From positions 2,848,001 through 2,912,000 of the forward strand of contig CBDDIJ010000003.1 of assembly GCA_965228855.1 (NCBI GenBank): DNA of 64,000 nt. Reading direction: 5' to 3'. Shown one piece after another: positions 28,232-39,047 of the stretch. Below the pieces are notes generated by a model. It saw only the letters and a program-made list of their open reading frames with translations, had not been told where the DNA came from and did no database searches. The stretch comes from Candidatus Obscuribacterales bacterium. Its GTDB lineage: Bacteria; Cyanobacteriota; Vampirovibrionia; Obscuribacterales; Obscuribacteraceae. How positions within the stretch are numbered: position 1 is the first letter of the stretch; every line of letters starts with the position of its first letter. Made by a program: the position numbers and the translations under genes.

Positions 28232-29527
28232 ATGGGTTATGACAAAGTCGGTGCAGGTTCTGAAGGATTCGACGAACGGACGGCGCCGCTCTACGCCGGC
28301 GAAGCTCGCGAGAATCTGTCTCTGGATGCCGGGTTAGGGAAACCCGCCTCTGATGACTTATCGACTATGGCCTCCAAGTTCGGATTGAAAGTAAGGGAAA
28401 CCGCCGGGCAAGACGAGTTTTACTTTCGCGCCGACGGGAAAGACAACGTCGTGCTGAAGCTTCCTGCGCAGGAAACTACAACCAATCTCGCAGAACGACA
28501 GATTACAGAAGCCCTGCAGAATCGAGTCCACGAAATCGAAAACGACTACAAGGTGCAAATTGCGATGCCTGGCGAGCCTGTTGAGAAGCAAACAGTCAAA
28601 AAGGCTGACTGCTCAACAGAGCCCGGGGAAATGGTCTACGCCACGCAGCCGACATTCTCGGGGTTGTATGCGGTGAAGGAAGCAATGTCACGCTCGCAGC
28701 CAAGTCAGCTAACCGCGGACGGGAAGGATGGGATCAAGATCTACTTTCTCGATAAACAGATTTTGCCACAGCCGGTTTATGGAAACAAATATGCGCTCGG
28801 TCTGTACATTCCGCAGGACAAGGACCGGCACATCTCCATGTACATCACCCCGGACGGGGCGAAAGCACCTCCAACAGCCAAAGATGTTACCTCCGGCCTA
28901 GATCGGAATTTGCAGTGGATACTTACCCATGAGGCTACGCATAACAGTCAGGCGAACTCCTGGTCCACCACTTTTCCTTACCTGCCGAAGGGTTTGCCCG
29001 AGCAGTTCGGCTGGGAGACGATCAACCACATTGAGAAGGACGGCAAGGTTGTATTCGAAGCATATTTGCTCAATGGCAAGAATGGCGAATCTTACGTCAA
29101 TGTCCCGGCGTCCTGCGCAGAGGAGACAAAGTGGATCTCCGTAAAGGATGGAAAAGTGGTCGGCGAGGACGGAAAGCCCACTGACGATAAAGATAAGGTT
29201 AGACACTTCACCAACGAAGAAGTAATGGAAAGAGCAGCAGTCAAACCTATCAGCTATTACTTTCCCAACCCCAAGGAGATGCTGTCCGAGGCGCTCTCGG
29301 CATATCGCGGCGGGCAGGACATGCGGCGGTATCTCTACAGGGAGAGCCCGACTTTATACACTGCAACTAAGAACTATGACGATCAGGAAATCTCGCGCGT
29401 CTACGGGCTCGATAGCACCGGTCAAAGCCGTTTTCTGAGGACGCCGGACGGATTGCTTGCAAAGCGAGATCTTTCATCGGTCATGAATTTGCGCTCCTTC
29501 GAAGAAAGCCTCAAGAGCGAACGATAA
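28232..29527 (+). CDS. Zincin-like metallopeptidase domain protein without signal peptide
   Basis: ILTHEATH plus distal YYFPNPKEMLSEALSAY..LYRESPTLY. Confidence 0.7.
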   Translation: MGYDKVGAGSEGFDERTAPLYAGEARENLSLDAGLGKPASDDLSTMASKFGLKVRETAGQDEFYFRADGKDNVVLKLPAQETTTNLAERQITEALQNRVHEIENDYKVQIAMPGEPVEKQTVKKADCSTEPGEMVYATQPTFSGLYAVKEAMSRSQPSQLTADGKDGIKIYFLDKQILPQPVYGNKYALGLYIPQDKDRHISMYITPDGAKAPPTAKDVTSGLDRNLQWILTHEATHNSQANSWSTTFPYLPKGLPEQFGWETINHIEKDGKVVFEAYLLNGKNGESYVNVPASCAEETKWISVKDGKVVGEDGKPTDDKDKVRHFTNEEVMERAAVKPISYYFPNPKEMLSEALSAYRGGQDMRRYLYRESPTLYTATKNYDDQEISRVYGLDSTGQSRFLRTPDGLLAKRDLSSVMNLRSFEESLKSER

Positions 29528-29670
29528 AAAATTCGTGATGGATGAATAATATAGAATGGTGGTCCCCTATAGACATTTCCTTCGGTGTAATTCCGAAGCG
29601 AATTCAGCAATGTACAATTCAGATCCGATAATTGCTAAAGTTTCCAAATCACTCAAGAGACAGAGAGTAG

Positions 29671-29880
29671 ATGTACCACTATCAAACTTTTAAAGGCGCA
29701 GACGCCGTAGAATTCTGTGAGACCAAACTGGAATTACCGGAAAACTTTGACATGAGCGCAGTAGTCAAAGTAGAAATCTACAGCGCCAGCCTGCCTGAGG
29801 ACCAAGAAGATTTCTGCGAGGCTCGCGTTATCGATGCAGAAGACGTAGTGCTTTGTGTGCGCCGCATGTATTCGTTTTAA
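29671..29880 (+). CDS. Small acidic hypothetical protein
   Basis: 69-aa ORF, purine-rich leader, protein-like composition. Confidence 0.55.
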   Translation: MYHYQTFKGADAVEFCETKLELPENFDMSAVVKVEIYSASLPEDQEDFCEARVIDAEDVVLCVRRMYSF

Positions 29881-30039
29881 CTTGAGAGATCCTCAAAGTG
29901 CGAATCGACAAACGAAACAGGCTCTATGCTGATCCATCCGGAGAAGGTGTATTTAGAGCGCGCCTCCATAGGTGACGCACATTCTGAAACGAACAGAGCT
30001 TCCCTGCTCACGACTTAAACTTGTCACCGTATTCGGTGC

Positions 30040-30582
30040 TTAATTGTTGCTCTTGCCATTGGCGCGTCGCCACATGTCGATGAATTTGTCTACTCGTTTT
30101 AGGACGGCGTCTTGGATCTGCTCGCTCTTGCTCGACTCCAAAACTCCTACCGAGACATCGTCCCACATCGACACATCGACTTTGCGCGAATCTCTATCGG
30201 GCAAGTAGATCATCTGAGTCAGGTCGAGGTTGAGTGAGAAGTAGGTCTTACCGCCGTTTTTGAACGGGATGAATCTCACGACAAGCGACTTCACGTCTGT
30301 ATTGTTGAGGTACTCTTTGTCGCCGATTGCCTTCATGCCCGATGCAGTGATCTTTTGTTCTACGGCACTTGTGATGGCGCCTCTATCAACAATCATGCCG
30401 GTAACGGCAGGTACGCTGACATGAACTCCCTGGAGTCCTTCTAAAACAAATTGTCTCTCAGGTTCACCCTCCAAGGCCAGTGCTGGGGCTGCAGAGAAGG
30501 AGCTTATGAGCGCGCAGGTGGCTATCTGCAGAATGCGAGCCACTTTGTCCCGCTGTAGGGATTTTGCTGTTTTTCGAAACAT
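30040..30582 (-). CDS. Exported hypothetical protein
   Basis: Strong RBS GAGGAGGAG; signal peptide ..APALA. Confidence 0.75.
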   Translation of the reverse strand: MFRKTAKSLQRDKVARILQIATCALISSFSAAPALALEGEPERQFVLEGLQGVHVSVPAVTGMIVDRGAITSAVEQKITASGMKAIGDKEYLNNTDVKSLVVRFIPFKNGGKTYFSLNLDLTQMIYLPDRDSRKVDVSMWDDVSVGVLESSKSEQIQDAVLKRVDKFIDMWRRANGKSNN

Positions 30583-30610
30583 CGCTCCTCCTCGGTTGTA
30601 CTCATTTTGC

Positions 30611-30660
30611 TGGGTTGGGTTGGGATTGGGATTGGGATTGGGCTCTGGCTCTGGCTCTGG
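30611..30660 (+). repeat. Compound microsatellite (TGGGT)2(TGGGAT)3TGGG(CTCTGG)3
   Basis: Read directly from the sequence; intergenic. Confidence 0.9.
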
Positions 30661-31035
30661 CTCCAGTCTGGCTTGGCTCTGGCCAGGCGTGCCTCTGGCT
30701 CTGATGTTTCGCTCAGCAATTGGCGCAAACAGAAAGGATTATAGCAGCGCACTGTCGGGTGCCCGTGTCATTGCGGACCAGAGGCAAATGATTTCTTTGT
30801 CTTATCTTCTGTTAAGGTGGCTTTGTGAATCCGACACGCATAAAAGGACGTTTGTGAACGCCAGCTCGAACGCGCCGCGGGACGCCGCATTTTGGGAGAG
30901 ATTGAAGGGGGCGTCGCCCTTCGTTTCCATCGCCGGGAGCTCGAAAATGTAGCCTAAATGAAACGAATTCTCTAAAACGATGGCGAATTTTGCAGTACTC
31001 TTTTCGCCTGGATGTTCACTGGGGCAAGGTTACCA

Positions 31036-32106
31036 ATGAAAAAGAAACTCGGCTTTATCGTTTCACTTTCGACGGCGATAAGTTTTTCAATCAGTCCGGT
31101 TTTCGCGCAAGCACCGCAGGATTCCGATGACTCGCCGGTCTCCGCTTCGGTGAGCACTTCTCCTGCGCAAGGCTCGAACGCCGAAAGAGAGACAATCAGC
31201 TCTCAAACGAATTCAGTCAATCGAGCATCCAATTCAAAGAGTCGACCGAGAATCGGGCTCGCCTTAGGTGGTGGTGGCTCTCGTGGCGCTGCCCACGTTG
31301 GCGTGTTGAAGGTTCTATTGGAAGAGAAGATTCCAATCGACATGATCGCCGGCACCAGTATCGGTTCTGTCGTCGGAGGTTTCTACGCTGCCGGAGTGGC
31401 GGTCGATGATATCGCTGAAGTTTTCGTAAAGAACAAATTTACTAAAGAATTCACTCCCCTGCCGATTTTGACGCTCGCTCTTGAACCAACGCTTGTGGCA
31501 GCCAGGCTGGTAGGCTACAAGCCTTATGATGGTTTGTTTGACGGCAAGAAGTTCAGAAATTATGCCAACAAGTTGGCTGGCACTAAGAAGATTGAAGAGC
31601 TCAGCATTCCCTATGCCGCTGTGGTCACCGACGTGGTTACAGGCAAGAGCTGCAGGCTCAGTAATGGTGACCTGGGCCTGGCTATGCAAGCGAGCACCGC
31701 AGTGCCGGAGCTGAAGAGACCAGTTCAGATCGGCGATAAGCTCTATTGCGATGGTGGCTTGATCAATAACGTTCCCGTCAACCATGTCCGTGAGATGGGT
31801 GCCGACTTTGTCATTGCTGTCGATATCGACGAGAAGTTGAAAGATGTGCCGTTGGACAAATTCCGTGGGCTCGGGTCCATGGCGCGACAAGCACTTAGAA
31901 TCCAGCTGTCCACGTTCGACTTGCCGAATCAAAGAAATTCAGACGTGTTTATCAACCCGGATACAACCGGTATCAACCTCGTCTCCTTCAAGAAGAAGGA
32001 TGGACAGCGTGGTATTGATGCTGGTATCGCAGCTGCCCGAGAGGCATTGCCTGAAATTAAACGCAAGCTGGCAGCACTCGGTGTCACCCCGGGCAACATC
32101 GACTAG
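31036..32106 (+). CDS. Exported patatin-like phospholipase, paralog of 5561-6733
   Basis: Signal peptide MKKKLG..VFA; GGGGSRG, GTSIG, DGG. Confidence 0.92.
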   Translation: MKKKLGFIVSLSTAISFSISPVFAQAPQDSDDSPVSASVSTSPAQGSNAERETISSQTNSVNRASNSKSRPRIGLALGGGGSRGAAHVGVLKVLLEEKIPIDMIAGTSIGSVVGGFYAAGVAVDDIAEVFVKNKFTKEFTPLPILTLALEPTLVAARLVGYKPYDGLFDGKKFRNYANKLAGTKKIEELSIPYAAVVTDVVTGKSCRLSNGDLGLAMQASTAVPELKRPVQIGDKLYCDGGLINNVPVNHVREMGADFVIAVDIDEKLKDVPLDKFRGLGSMARQALRIQLSTFDLPNQRNSDVFINPDTTGINLVSFKKKDGQRGIDAGIAAAREALPEIKRKLAALGVTPGNID

Positions 32107-32145
32107 CCGAACTTAGTCCATTAATCTACGACAGATCGAGGAGAG

Positions 32146-33561
32146 ATGAAGGAATTGCCGGCAGCTGCCGGTCTTACCACTGGAACTCCGTTAGATCCGG
32201 AGACAAGCACGAGTTCGACGAATCCCGCCGAACTGGATTTGTTTTCTCGTGCAAGCACTGGATGCACTTTGTTACTCTGCCTTGCAGCCGCAGTTTGCAC
32301 TGCGTTTGCTGAGGTTTCGATGTTTCGCGATGGAAGCTATTACTTCCTGAAGATGTGGAACAGCGGTGAGCCGCTTATCGCGCATGCAAGAATTGCTTCC
32401 CAAATAATTGAAGCACCACTACTAGCGGTGACAAGCCTGTTTCAGAATTTCGAGTTGTCGCGTGGATGCTTCAATGCGACTTATGCCAGCATTCCGTTTC
32501 TTGCGCTTTTCGCTTGCTGGCTTCTGACACGCAAAACACAACCTGCAATGATGGTATGGCCGGTGGTGGCACTCATGGCTAGCGTCCCCTGCAGACCCGA
32601 TGGCATAAGTGAAAATAACATTGCCTCAGTGCTGGCTTGGCCGGCACTTTTCTGTTTGGTTCAAACGCCAACAAAGATGACAGCGATTGCCACATTTGCG
32701 ATAGTGGGGATGATGGCTTTTCTGCATCCGTCGTCAATTCCGCTTTTGCTGATTCTGTCGATTGCAGCATTCCACCTTTATCACAAGGAAGATGGTCAGA
32801 AGAGTCTACGAAAAATTCTGGCGTACGGCTTGGTCGGGCTCTGGCTCTTCAAACTAATTTGTTTTATAGCCTTTCCTCAACCGTATGAGAGCGGACTTTT
32901 CAACGAATCAGCCCTACGCAATTTGATCGAATGCGGACTGGCAGTTCCTTGCATTGCGACACTTGTTCCCGCACTCTTTGCGGCGCTGCTGATTCTATTG
33001 ATGACAACGACGAGAATCGAAAACAAAGTAATCACAGGCACAACAATCGTTTTGCTTCTGGCGACAGGGGGCGCAGGTATCTACTGGTCGACGTCGGTGC
33101 AATTCTGGCATCAATGTTTCTGGTATCAAAAAGTATTTTTGTTTCCCAACATGCTACTTCTGCTCTTCGCGTTCATAGATAGCCGCAAACTGCTACGTAG
33201 TCCGCTCAGTACCGGGTTCTACAAATCGCGTGCGCATATCTGCAACATGGCGGGTCTGCTATTTGCATGCGCAATCATGGTTCAAGCGAATTCATGGACG
33301 AATCTTAGCGGTGAATTTAAGCGCTCAATCGATGAAATCAACCAGCAAATAATTGAGCGAAGTCAAATTCACGGGCTCAACGAGACGCCCCTCGACCACT
33401 GGTCTGCATGCTCGTACGGTATCGTTCTACAGGCGAAGTATCCGTGCAAATATGTTCTGGACAGCGAAGAGGCTCAGATTGCGAGAGCCACAACAGAATT
33501 TCGCCTGACACCGTGGGACAGGTCATTCACCGGAAATTATTTTCGCCTGCCCCCAAGATAG
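32146..33561 (+). CDS. Polytopic membrane protein (possibly GT-C-like)
   Basis: Many hydrophobic helices; acidic motif FRDGSYY after the first TM; RBS GAGGAG. Confidence 0.65.
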   Translation: MKELPAAAGLTTGTPLDPETSTSSTNPAELDLFSRASTGCTLLLCLAAAVCTAFAEVSMFRDGSYYFLKMWNSGEPLIAHARIASQIIEAPLLAVTSLFQNFELSRGCFNATYASIPFLALFACWLLTRKTQPAMMVWPVVALMASVPCRPDGISENNIASVLAWPALFCLVQTPTKMTAIATFAIVGMMAFLHPSSIPLLLILSIAAFHLYHKEDGQKSLRKILAYGLVGLWLFKLICFIAFPQPYESGLFNESALRNLIECGLAVPCIATLVPALFAALLILLMTTTRIENKVITGTTIVLLLATGGAGIYWSTSVQFWHQCFWYQKVFLFPNMLLLLFAFIDSRKLLRSPLSTGFYKSRAHICNMAGLLFACAIMVQANSWTNLSGEFKRSIDEINQQIIERSQIHGLNETPLDHWSACSYGIVLQAKYPCKYVLDSEEAQIARATTEFRLTPWDRSFTGNYFRLPPR

Positions 33562-33626
33562 CGACGACGCTCTAAACAACATTAACGTTGCCGAGCCATA
33601 CGTGCACGCATGGCGCTGTCATTCGC

Positions 33627-35429
33627 TCATCGATTTCGGGGCACTTTAAACCAGAAGTCACCACCGGTGGAGCCACAGTTCACACCGATGGTACCATCGT
33701 GCGCCTCGACGATCATCTTACAAATCGCTAATCCGAGCCCGGTTCCCTCTTTGCGCTCGCCAGGCAGCCTCTCGAAAGCTTCGAAAATTTTCTCAGACAA
33801 TTGCTCAGGAATGCCGGAGCCGCAATCCAGAACATGAACTTCGAGATATTCGCCAGAATCGTCCGGAGTTCTTTGAACGCTGATTTGAACATCAGAGTTT
33901 TCCGGAGAGAACTTAATTGCGTTTGAAACCAGGTTATTCAAAACCTGAACGAGCTTGGTTCGATCGCAATAAACAGTTTTTGCTCTGCTCTTGTACGTCA
34001 AGTTAATGCCTTTGGTCTGAGCAGATTCACGCAGCATGCTAATTGAATCTTGAACAATTGCATCAACGTCGTGTTCTCCCATCACCATCGTCATCTTGCC
34101 AGCGGCAAGCTTCTGAAAATCAAGCAAATCGTTTACTAACGCAGTGAGATGCTCAATGCTGTTCAGCGCTCCTGAAACTTCTTTGTGAACGCTTGAGGGC
34201 AGCTCCCCGCGCACACCTTCGGACAGCAACATCAGAGAACCGTGCATCGAGGTCAACGGACTGCGAAGATCGTGAGTGATCATGTCGAGAAAATCCTGCT
34301 TAAGCCGCTCGACATTTTTCTCGTCCGTGACATCGTGAATCACGGCAAACATTTCCTGGTCAGCCGCGGAATAAACGCATGACCAGCGCGTCTCGCGCAA
34401 CTGCCCATCCTTGCAGCGCAAACGAACATCAAAGCATGAACGAGATCCGGTTTCCTTCGCTCTGTAAAATTCTTCATCTGCTCTTGCAACATCCTCTGAA
34501 TAAACAAGGTCAAAAACCGTTTGCAACAGCAGCTCTTCCGCTTTCCATCCAGTTAGTTTCGTCGTCGCCGGATTGACCCGTCGAAGCCGACCATCAGCGC
34601 TCATGATGCAAATCATGTCGACGGTTTCTTCAACCATCAACTGTTCCCTGGCAAACGCCTGTTCAATTCCCGCTGCGGCGGTATGGATGTACTGATCGAG
34701 TTCGCCTAATTCGTCATTGTTGCTAAGCGCTGGGAGCAATTGCCGCCGCTCAGACATTCGCCGCACGTTTTCCGCAATGTGCATAATCGGCTGCCTGAAG
34801 TAGATCCAAACGCCAATTGCTAGAACACTGGAAACAAATATGCTCAGGAGAAAAGCAGCAAGGACGACGTGGTGAATATTCTGTTTAAATTCTTCGACAT
34901 ACTTTTCACTGGAACGTTTCGCGCTCTCCGTGCGCATAATTTTACCGAGCTGATCGACAAAATCGAGAGTAGCGTCTTCCCACTTTTTATCGTACTCGAG
35001 ATGAACCTTCATCCATTCATCTTCGCCCTTACTTTGGATGGTAAACATCTCATCGATAATTCGAAGAAAATTATTTGCAGACGTTTCCAACGAATCAGCA
35101 TTCTTAGCCTGCCCAGGAGTGCTTCTCGTCATATCTACGAGGGTATCAAACGGTTTCTTGAGCCGATTGACCTCCGAACGAATCTTGGCCTGGTCAACTG
35201 GATTGTGGCCTGGCATGCCATCAAAAAAGGTTTTCGTTGTGTATGTCAGCACATCGACGCAAACGGTATGTGCTTTGGTTAGGAGCCGACGAGAGTGGGT
35301 CGCACGAACCAACTCGTCCTGCAGATTGGACAAATTCGCAATTAGAATGCCCACGAATACAAACTGACAAAGCAGAGGTAAAAGAACCAGAATGATGCCG
35401 CGCGTTTTCAGATTGAAGACACGTTTCAC
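33627..35429 (-). CDS. Membrane sensor histidine kinase with PAS domain
   Basis: Two TMs, HAMP-like, PAS, THDLRSPL H-box, NLVSNAIKFS, DCGSGI, GTGLGL. Confidence 0.95.
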   Translation of the reverse strand: MKRVFNLKTRGIILVLLPLLCQFVFVGILIANLSNLQDELVRATHSRRLLTKAHTVCVDVLTYTTKTFFDGMPGHNPVDQAKIRSEVNRLKKPFDTLVDMTRSTPGQAKNADSLETSANNFLRIIDEMFTIQSKGEDEWMKVHLEYDKKWEDATLDFVDQLGKIMRTESAKRSSEKYVEEFKQNIHHVVLAAFLLSIFVSSVLAIGVWIYFRQPIMHIAENVRRMSERRQLLPALSNNDELGELDQYIHTAAAGIEQAFAREQLMVEETVDMICIMSADGRLRRVNPATTKLTGWKAEELLLQTVFDLVYSEDVARADEEFYRAKETGSRSCFDVRLRCKDGQLRETRWSCVYSAADQEMFAVIHDVTDEKNVERLKQDFLDMITHDLRSPLTSMHGSLMLLSEGVRGELPSSVHKEVSGALNSIEHLTALVNDLLDFQKLAAGKMTMVMGEHDVDAIVQDSISMLRESAQTKGINLTYKSRAKTVYCDRTKLVQVLNNLVSNAIKFSPENSDVQISVQRTPDDSGEYLEVHVLDCGSGIPEQLSEKIFEAFERLPGERKEGTGLGLAICKMIVEAHDGTIGVNCGSTGGDFWFKVPRNR

Positions 35430-37222
35430 GCTTCGTCCTCCTGATCTACGAACTCAGGTATGGATAGCCAAAACGTGCTGCCTTTGCCGACCTCTGACTC
35501 TATACCGACATCGCCTCCATGCGCGTACGCAATCGCTTTTACAATCGCCAATCCTAGCCCGGTGCCTTTTATGCTCACATTGGAACTGGCTTTACTCTGG
35601 CTGAATTTCTCGAAGAGCAGCGAGCGATCGTTCTCCGGGATACCAGGTCCCTGGTCGGAGATGCGAATCTGGACGACAGCCGCACTATCAGCAATTGTGC
35701 GCTCCAGCGAAAGCGTAATAGTAGAATTCCGAGGAGAAAACTTAATCGCATTAGATAAAAGATTTACTACAGACTGAACCAACCGGCGTTCGTCACCAAG
35801 CAAAGCAAAATCGTTTTTCGGTTTCACCACCGTAACACCAGCCCTGGCAGCCATTGCATCAAGCGTTTCACAGGCTAAAACACAAACATCAAATGCGCTG
35901 ACACAATTAGTCGCGAGGACGAACTTTCCGGATTCGAGCTTTTCCAGTTCCAAAAGTTCGTTGACGAGATCAACCAGACGAGAAAGTATATCTCGTGTTT
36001 TAGTAAGCTCCTTTCGCGCAGCTGGAGTCAGTGGTTCGTTCTGTTGATCTAGCAAGCGCTCCAGAGTTATTGAAACGGACGCGAGCGGGGAGCGTAAATC
36101 GTGGCCTGCAATAGCCAGAAACTGTTGTTTCATCTTCTGTAGATTGCGAAGTTCAGTGACATCGTGAATGACGCAGAAATATTGTGATTCTACTGAATTC
36201 CATTTTACGGACCAGACTACATCACGAATGTCACCGTATTTGGTGCGGATTCTGTTATGAATTTCGCCCGCCCCCGGACCGTCACTTACAAGTTGAAATT
36301 GCGCTCGAGTTTCATCAACATCATCGGGTACAACGATGGCAGCAAGCGCCTTTCCGAGCAACTCGTCCTCAGAAAAACTCCAATCTCGAAACGCTGCTGC
36401 ATTGACGCCGGTAAAGCGCAGTTTGTGATCTAGAGAACAAATAACATCTGCTGCATTATCTAGAACCGCGTTTTCACGTTCGCGAATGTCTTGCAAGCTT
36501 CGAGATGATTCGTAGATGATTGACTCTAACGATGCAAGTTCATCGCCCTTCAAAGCCGGTGGCAAAACAGGCTCTCTGGCAGCTAGCCGATGAGCGCTTT
36601 CTTTCAAACGAAGTAGGCGATCAATGATATCTCTTGTCAAAAAATGAGCCAATGCAAATGAGACTAGCGCACTAAATGCGACACCAGTCGCCATGAGTGC
36701 CATTAACGTCGAGCGAAAACGGGACAGTTCTGCCGGCTCGGAATCTGCTACTCGTTTCTCGATAGCTATAATGCGATCCGCAATCGATCTCATATCGAGA
36801 AAACTAGTATAAATCAGTTGCCTGGGAAACCCCTCGTGCGTCGTGTATTCGCGCCGTTTTGCGGCAACCAGAGCACCGATAGCCTTTGTCAATTCCCCGA
36901 CGTCATCTTGCAGCGAGGACAGTTCAGGAAAGCGATTGTCGGAGACTTTTCCGAACGACAGCTGGGAAAATTCTTTCTCCAGGTAATCTAAACGTTTCTC
37001 GTCCTTTTTGGTGTTTTGAGTGTCGCTAAGTGCCCAGATACACGTGCTTATAACCCAGTTCTCTGTCCTGTACATATTCTCGATGGCATCCCTGGAATGC
37101 TCCATCTTCTGAAGGTCAGAGGCGATCTGATCCACAGCAAACGCCATGATAAAAATGAAGACCAACTCGAAGCATACTGGTATTAAAACCAGTACCAGTG
37201 CTTTTTGAGTTGTCGTCAACAT
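35426..37222 (-). CDS. Membrane sensor histidine kinase with PAS domain
   Basis: GHDLRSPL, NLLSNAIKFS, DQGPGI, GTGLGL; 4-nt overlap with the next kinase. Confidence 0.95.
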   Translation of the reverse strand: MLTTTQKALVLVLIPVCFELVFIFIMAFAVDQIASDLQKMEHSRDAIENMYRTENWVISTCIWALSDTQNTKKDEKRLDYLEKEFSQLSFGKVSDNRFPELSSLQDDVGELTKAIGALVAAKRREYTTHEGFPRQLIYTSFLDMRSIADRIIAIEKRVADSEPAELSRFRSTLMALMATGVAFSALVSFALAHFLTRDIIDRLLRLKESAHRLAAREPVLPPALKGDELASLESIIYESSRSLQDIRERENAVLDNAADVICSLDHKLRFTGVNAAAFRDWSFSEDELLGKALAAIVVPDDVDETRAQFQLVSDGPGAGEIHNRIRTKYGDIRDVVWSVKWNSVESQYFCVIHDVTELRNLQKMKQQFLAIAGHDLRSPLASVSITLERLLDQQNEPLTPAARKELTKTRDILSRLVDLVNELLELEKLESGKFVLATNCVSAFDVCVLACETLDAMAARAGVTVVKPKNDFALLGDERRLVQSVVNLLSNAIKFSPRNSTITLSLERTIADSAAVVQIRISDQGPGIPENDRSLLFEKFSQSKASSNVSIKGTGLGLAIVKAIAYAHGGDVGIESEVGKGSTFWLSIPEFVDQEDEA

Positions 37223-37287
37223 TTAACGACTACCCTCGCCCGACGCAGGATCCGACGAGTCGCGACGTTTGCACCAGGTTTTCGCTT

Positions 37288-38523
37288 CTAAACTTCGCTT
37301 GCAACCTTACCGCCATACTTCTCGTGAACATATCCTTCCACGAGTTGTATGAAATCTCTCGCCAATGTCGGTCCTTCAAGCGTTTTTACATGGCGACCAT
37401 CAATGTAAACGGGCGCACGCGGCTCCTCGCCCGTTCCCGGCAAAGATATGCCAATATCCGCGTGCTTCGATTCGCCCGGACCATTCACAATACAGCCCAT
37501 CACGGCGACTTTCAGCGACTCGACTCCTGGAAAGCGCTCAACCCAAACTTTGCGATTGGCGGCGAGGTGAACTTCGATTTCTTTAGCCAGACTTTGAAAT
37601 ACAGTGCTCGTCGTTCTGCCGCAGCCCGGACACGCTGTCACTTGCGGAGTGAAGGAGCGGATGCCCAGCGCCTGCAAAATACTCTGGCAGACACGCACTT
37701 CCTCGCAGCGATCGGCACCTGGTTCAGGAGTCAAACTGACCCGAATCGTATCGCCGATACCCTTCGCCAGAAGAATCGATAGCGCTGATGCGGAATACGA
37801 TATTCCTTTCATGCCCATCCCTGCTTCTGTTAGACCTAAGTGCAACGCATACTCGCACTTCGCGGCAAGCTCGGTATAAACCGAAATCAGGTCAGGCACT
37901 TCAGACACTTTCGCAGAAATGATGATCCGGTCAGCCGGCATACCATAGGTTTCCGCAGTTTTAGCTGATGCAATGGCGCTTTCTATAATCGCATCGATGA
38001 GAACCGCATGCGCATCTTTAGGGTTCGGGAGCGTGGCATTCTCATCCATCATGCGAGCCAGCAGTTCCTGATCCAGAGAGCCCCAGTTGACGCCAATTCT
38101 CACCGGTTTATCAAACTGCAACGCGGCATCGATCATGCTTTTAAAATTGGTATCGTGCTTCTCGCCACGACCGACGTTGCCTGGATTGATGCGGTATTTC
38201 GCTAATGCTCTGGCGCAATCGGGAAACTCGCGCAACAACAGATGACCGTTGTAGTGGAAATCGCCAACGAGAGGAACATCCACGCCCATGCCATGAAGCT
38301 TCTCCACGATGTGCGGAACGGCTTTGGCAGCCTCTTTAGTATTGACTGTTATTCGAACAATCTCAGAGCCGGCATCATACAGTTCTTTGACTTGCTGTGC
38401 CGTCAAATCCGGATCTTCAGTCGGAGTGTTCGTCATGGACTGCACCAGGACTGGTGCATCACCACCGATTAGCTTGTCGCCAATTTTTACCTGGTGAGAT
38501 TTGCGTCGTTTGATTTCAAACAT
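37288..38523 (-). CDS. ispG: 4-hydroxy-3-methylbut-2-en-1-yl diphosphate synthase
   Basis: [56 protein letters not shown]. Confidence 0.98.
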   Translation of the reverse strand: MFEIKRRKSHQVKIGDKLIGGDAPVLVQSMTNTPTEDPDLTAQQVKELYDAGSEIVRITVNTKEAAKAVPHIVEKLHGMGVDVPLVGDFHYNGHLLLREFPDCARALAKYRINPGNVGRGEKHDTNFKSMIDAALQFDKPVRIGVNWGSLDQELLARMMDENATLPNPKDAHAVLIDAIIESAIASAKTAETYGMPADRIIISAKVSEVPDLISVYTELAAKCEYALHLGLTEAGMGMKGISYSASALSILLAKGIGDTIRVSLTPEPGADRCEEVRVCQSILQALGIRSFTPQVTACPGCGRTTSTVFQSLAKEIEVHLAANRKVWVERFPGVESLKVAVMGCIVNGPGESKHADIGISLPGTGEEPRAPVYIDGRHVKTLEGPTLARDFIQLVEGYVHEKYGGKVASEV

Positions 38524-38555
38524 GATTTTCTTCAGGCTTCCGGTCGGTATCGTCG

Positions 38556-39047
38556 CTACATCGCCCAGATCTCGGGATGTTGCTCCCTCAAACTATACCA
38601 GTCATCGAGATAACCCGCTCCGATTATCAAATGATCGATAACATTAACACCCATAAACTGTCCCGCCTTCACCAACTGCTTAGTGGTTTCAATGTCCTCA
38701 TCGCTTGCCTTCAGAGCCGATCCGGACGGATGATTATGGCAGACTAATATTGCAAAACTGTTGGCAATTAACGCCGCCTTAAACACCTCACGTGGATGCA
38801 CCAGGCTTGCCGAAAGCGTTCCATGTGAAACCTCGTGAAGACCAAGCACCTCATTTTTAGCATTCAAATGCAGAGCCATAAAGTACTCTTCGCAAGCCAA
38901 TGCCAGCGGCGCAAAATACTTAACGGCGTCCTGTGGACGCGTTATCGTTATCGCATTCCCTCTATCCATCGGTCTTTCCTGAACTAAACAAAGTTTGAAT
39001 TTCGGTAATTGGTATGTAAGCTCATCGATCATTACTTGACGCTGCAT
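38556..39047 (-). CDS. radC: RadC-like JAB domain protein (short form, no HhH region)
   Basis: [32 protein letters not shown]. Confidence 0.9.
   Translation of the reverse strand: MQRQVMIDELTYQLPKFKLCLVQERPMDRGNAITITRPQDAVKYFAPLALACEEYFMALHLNAKNEVLGLHEVSHGTLSASLVHPREVFKAALIANSFAILVCHNHPSGSALKASDEDIETTKQLVKAGQFMGVNVIDHLIIGAGYLDDWYSLREQHPEIWAM

Noticed and set aside
5300..30000. Integron-like cassette array
   Set aside because: Genes lie on both strands; I found no recurring attC-like sites and no integrase.
30506..30952. ORFs with GLGLG/SGSGS or SQSQ/PIPIP runs
   Set aside because: They are translations of the microsatellite and overlap the start of the real gene.
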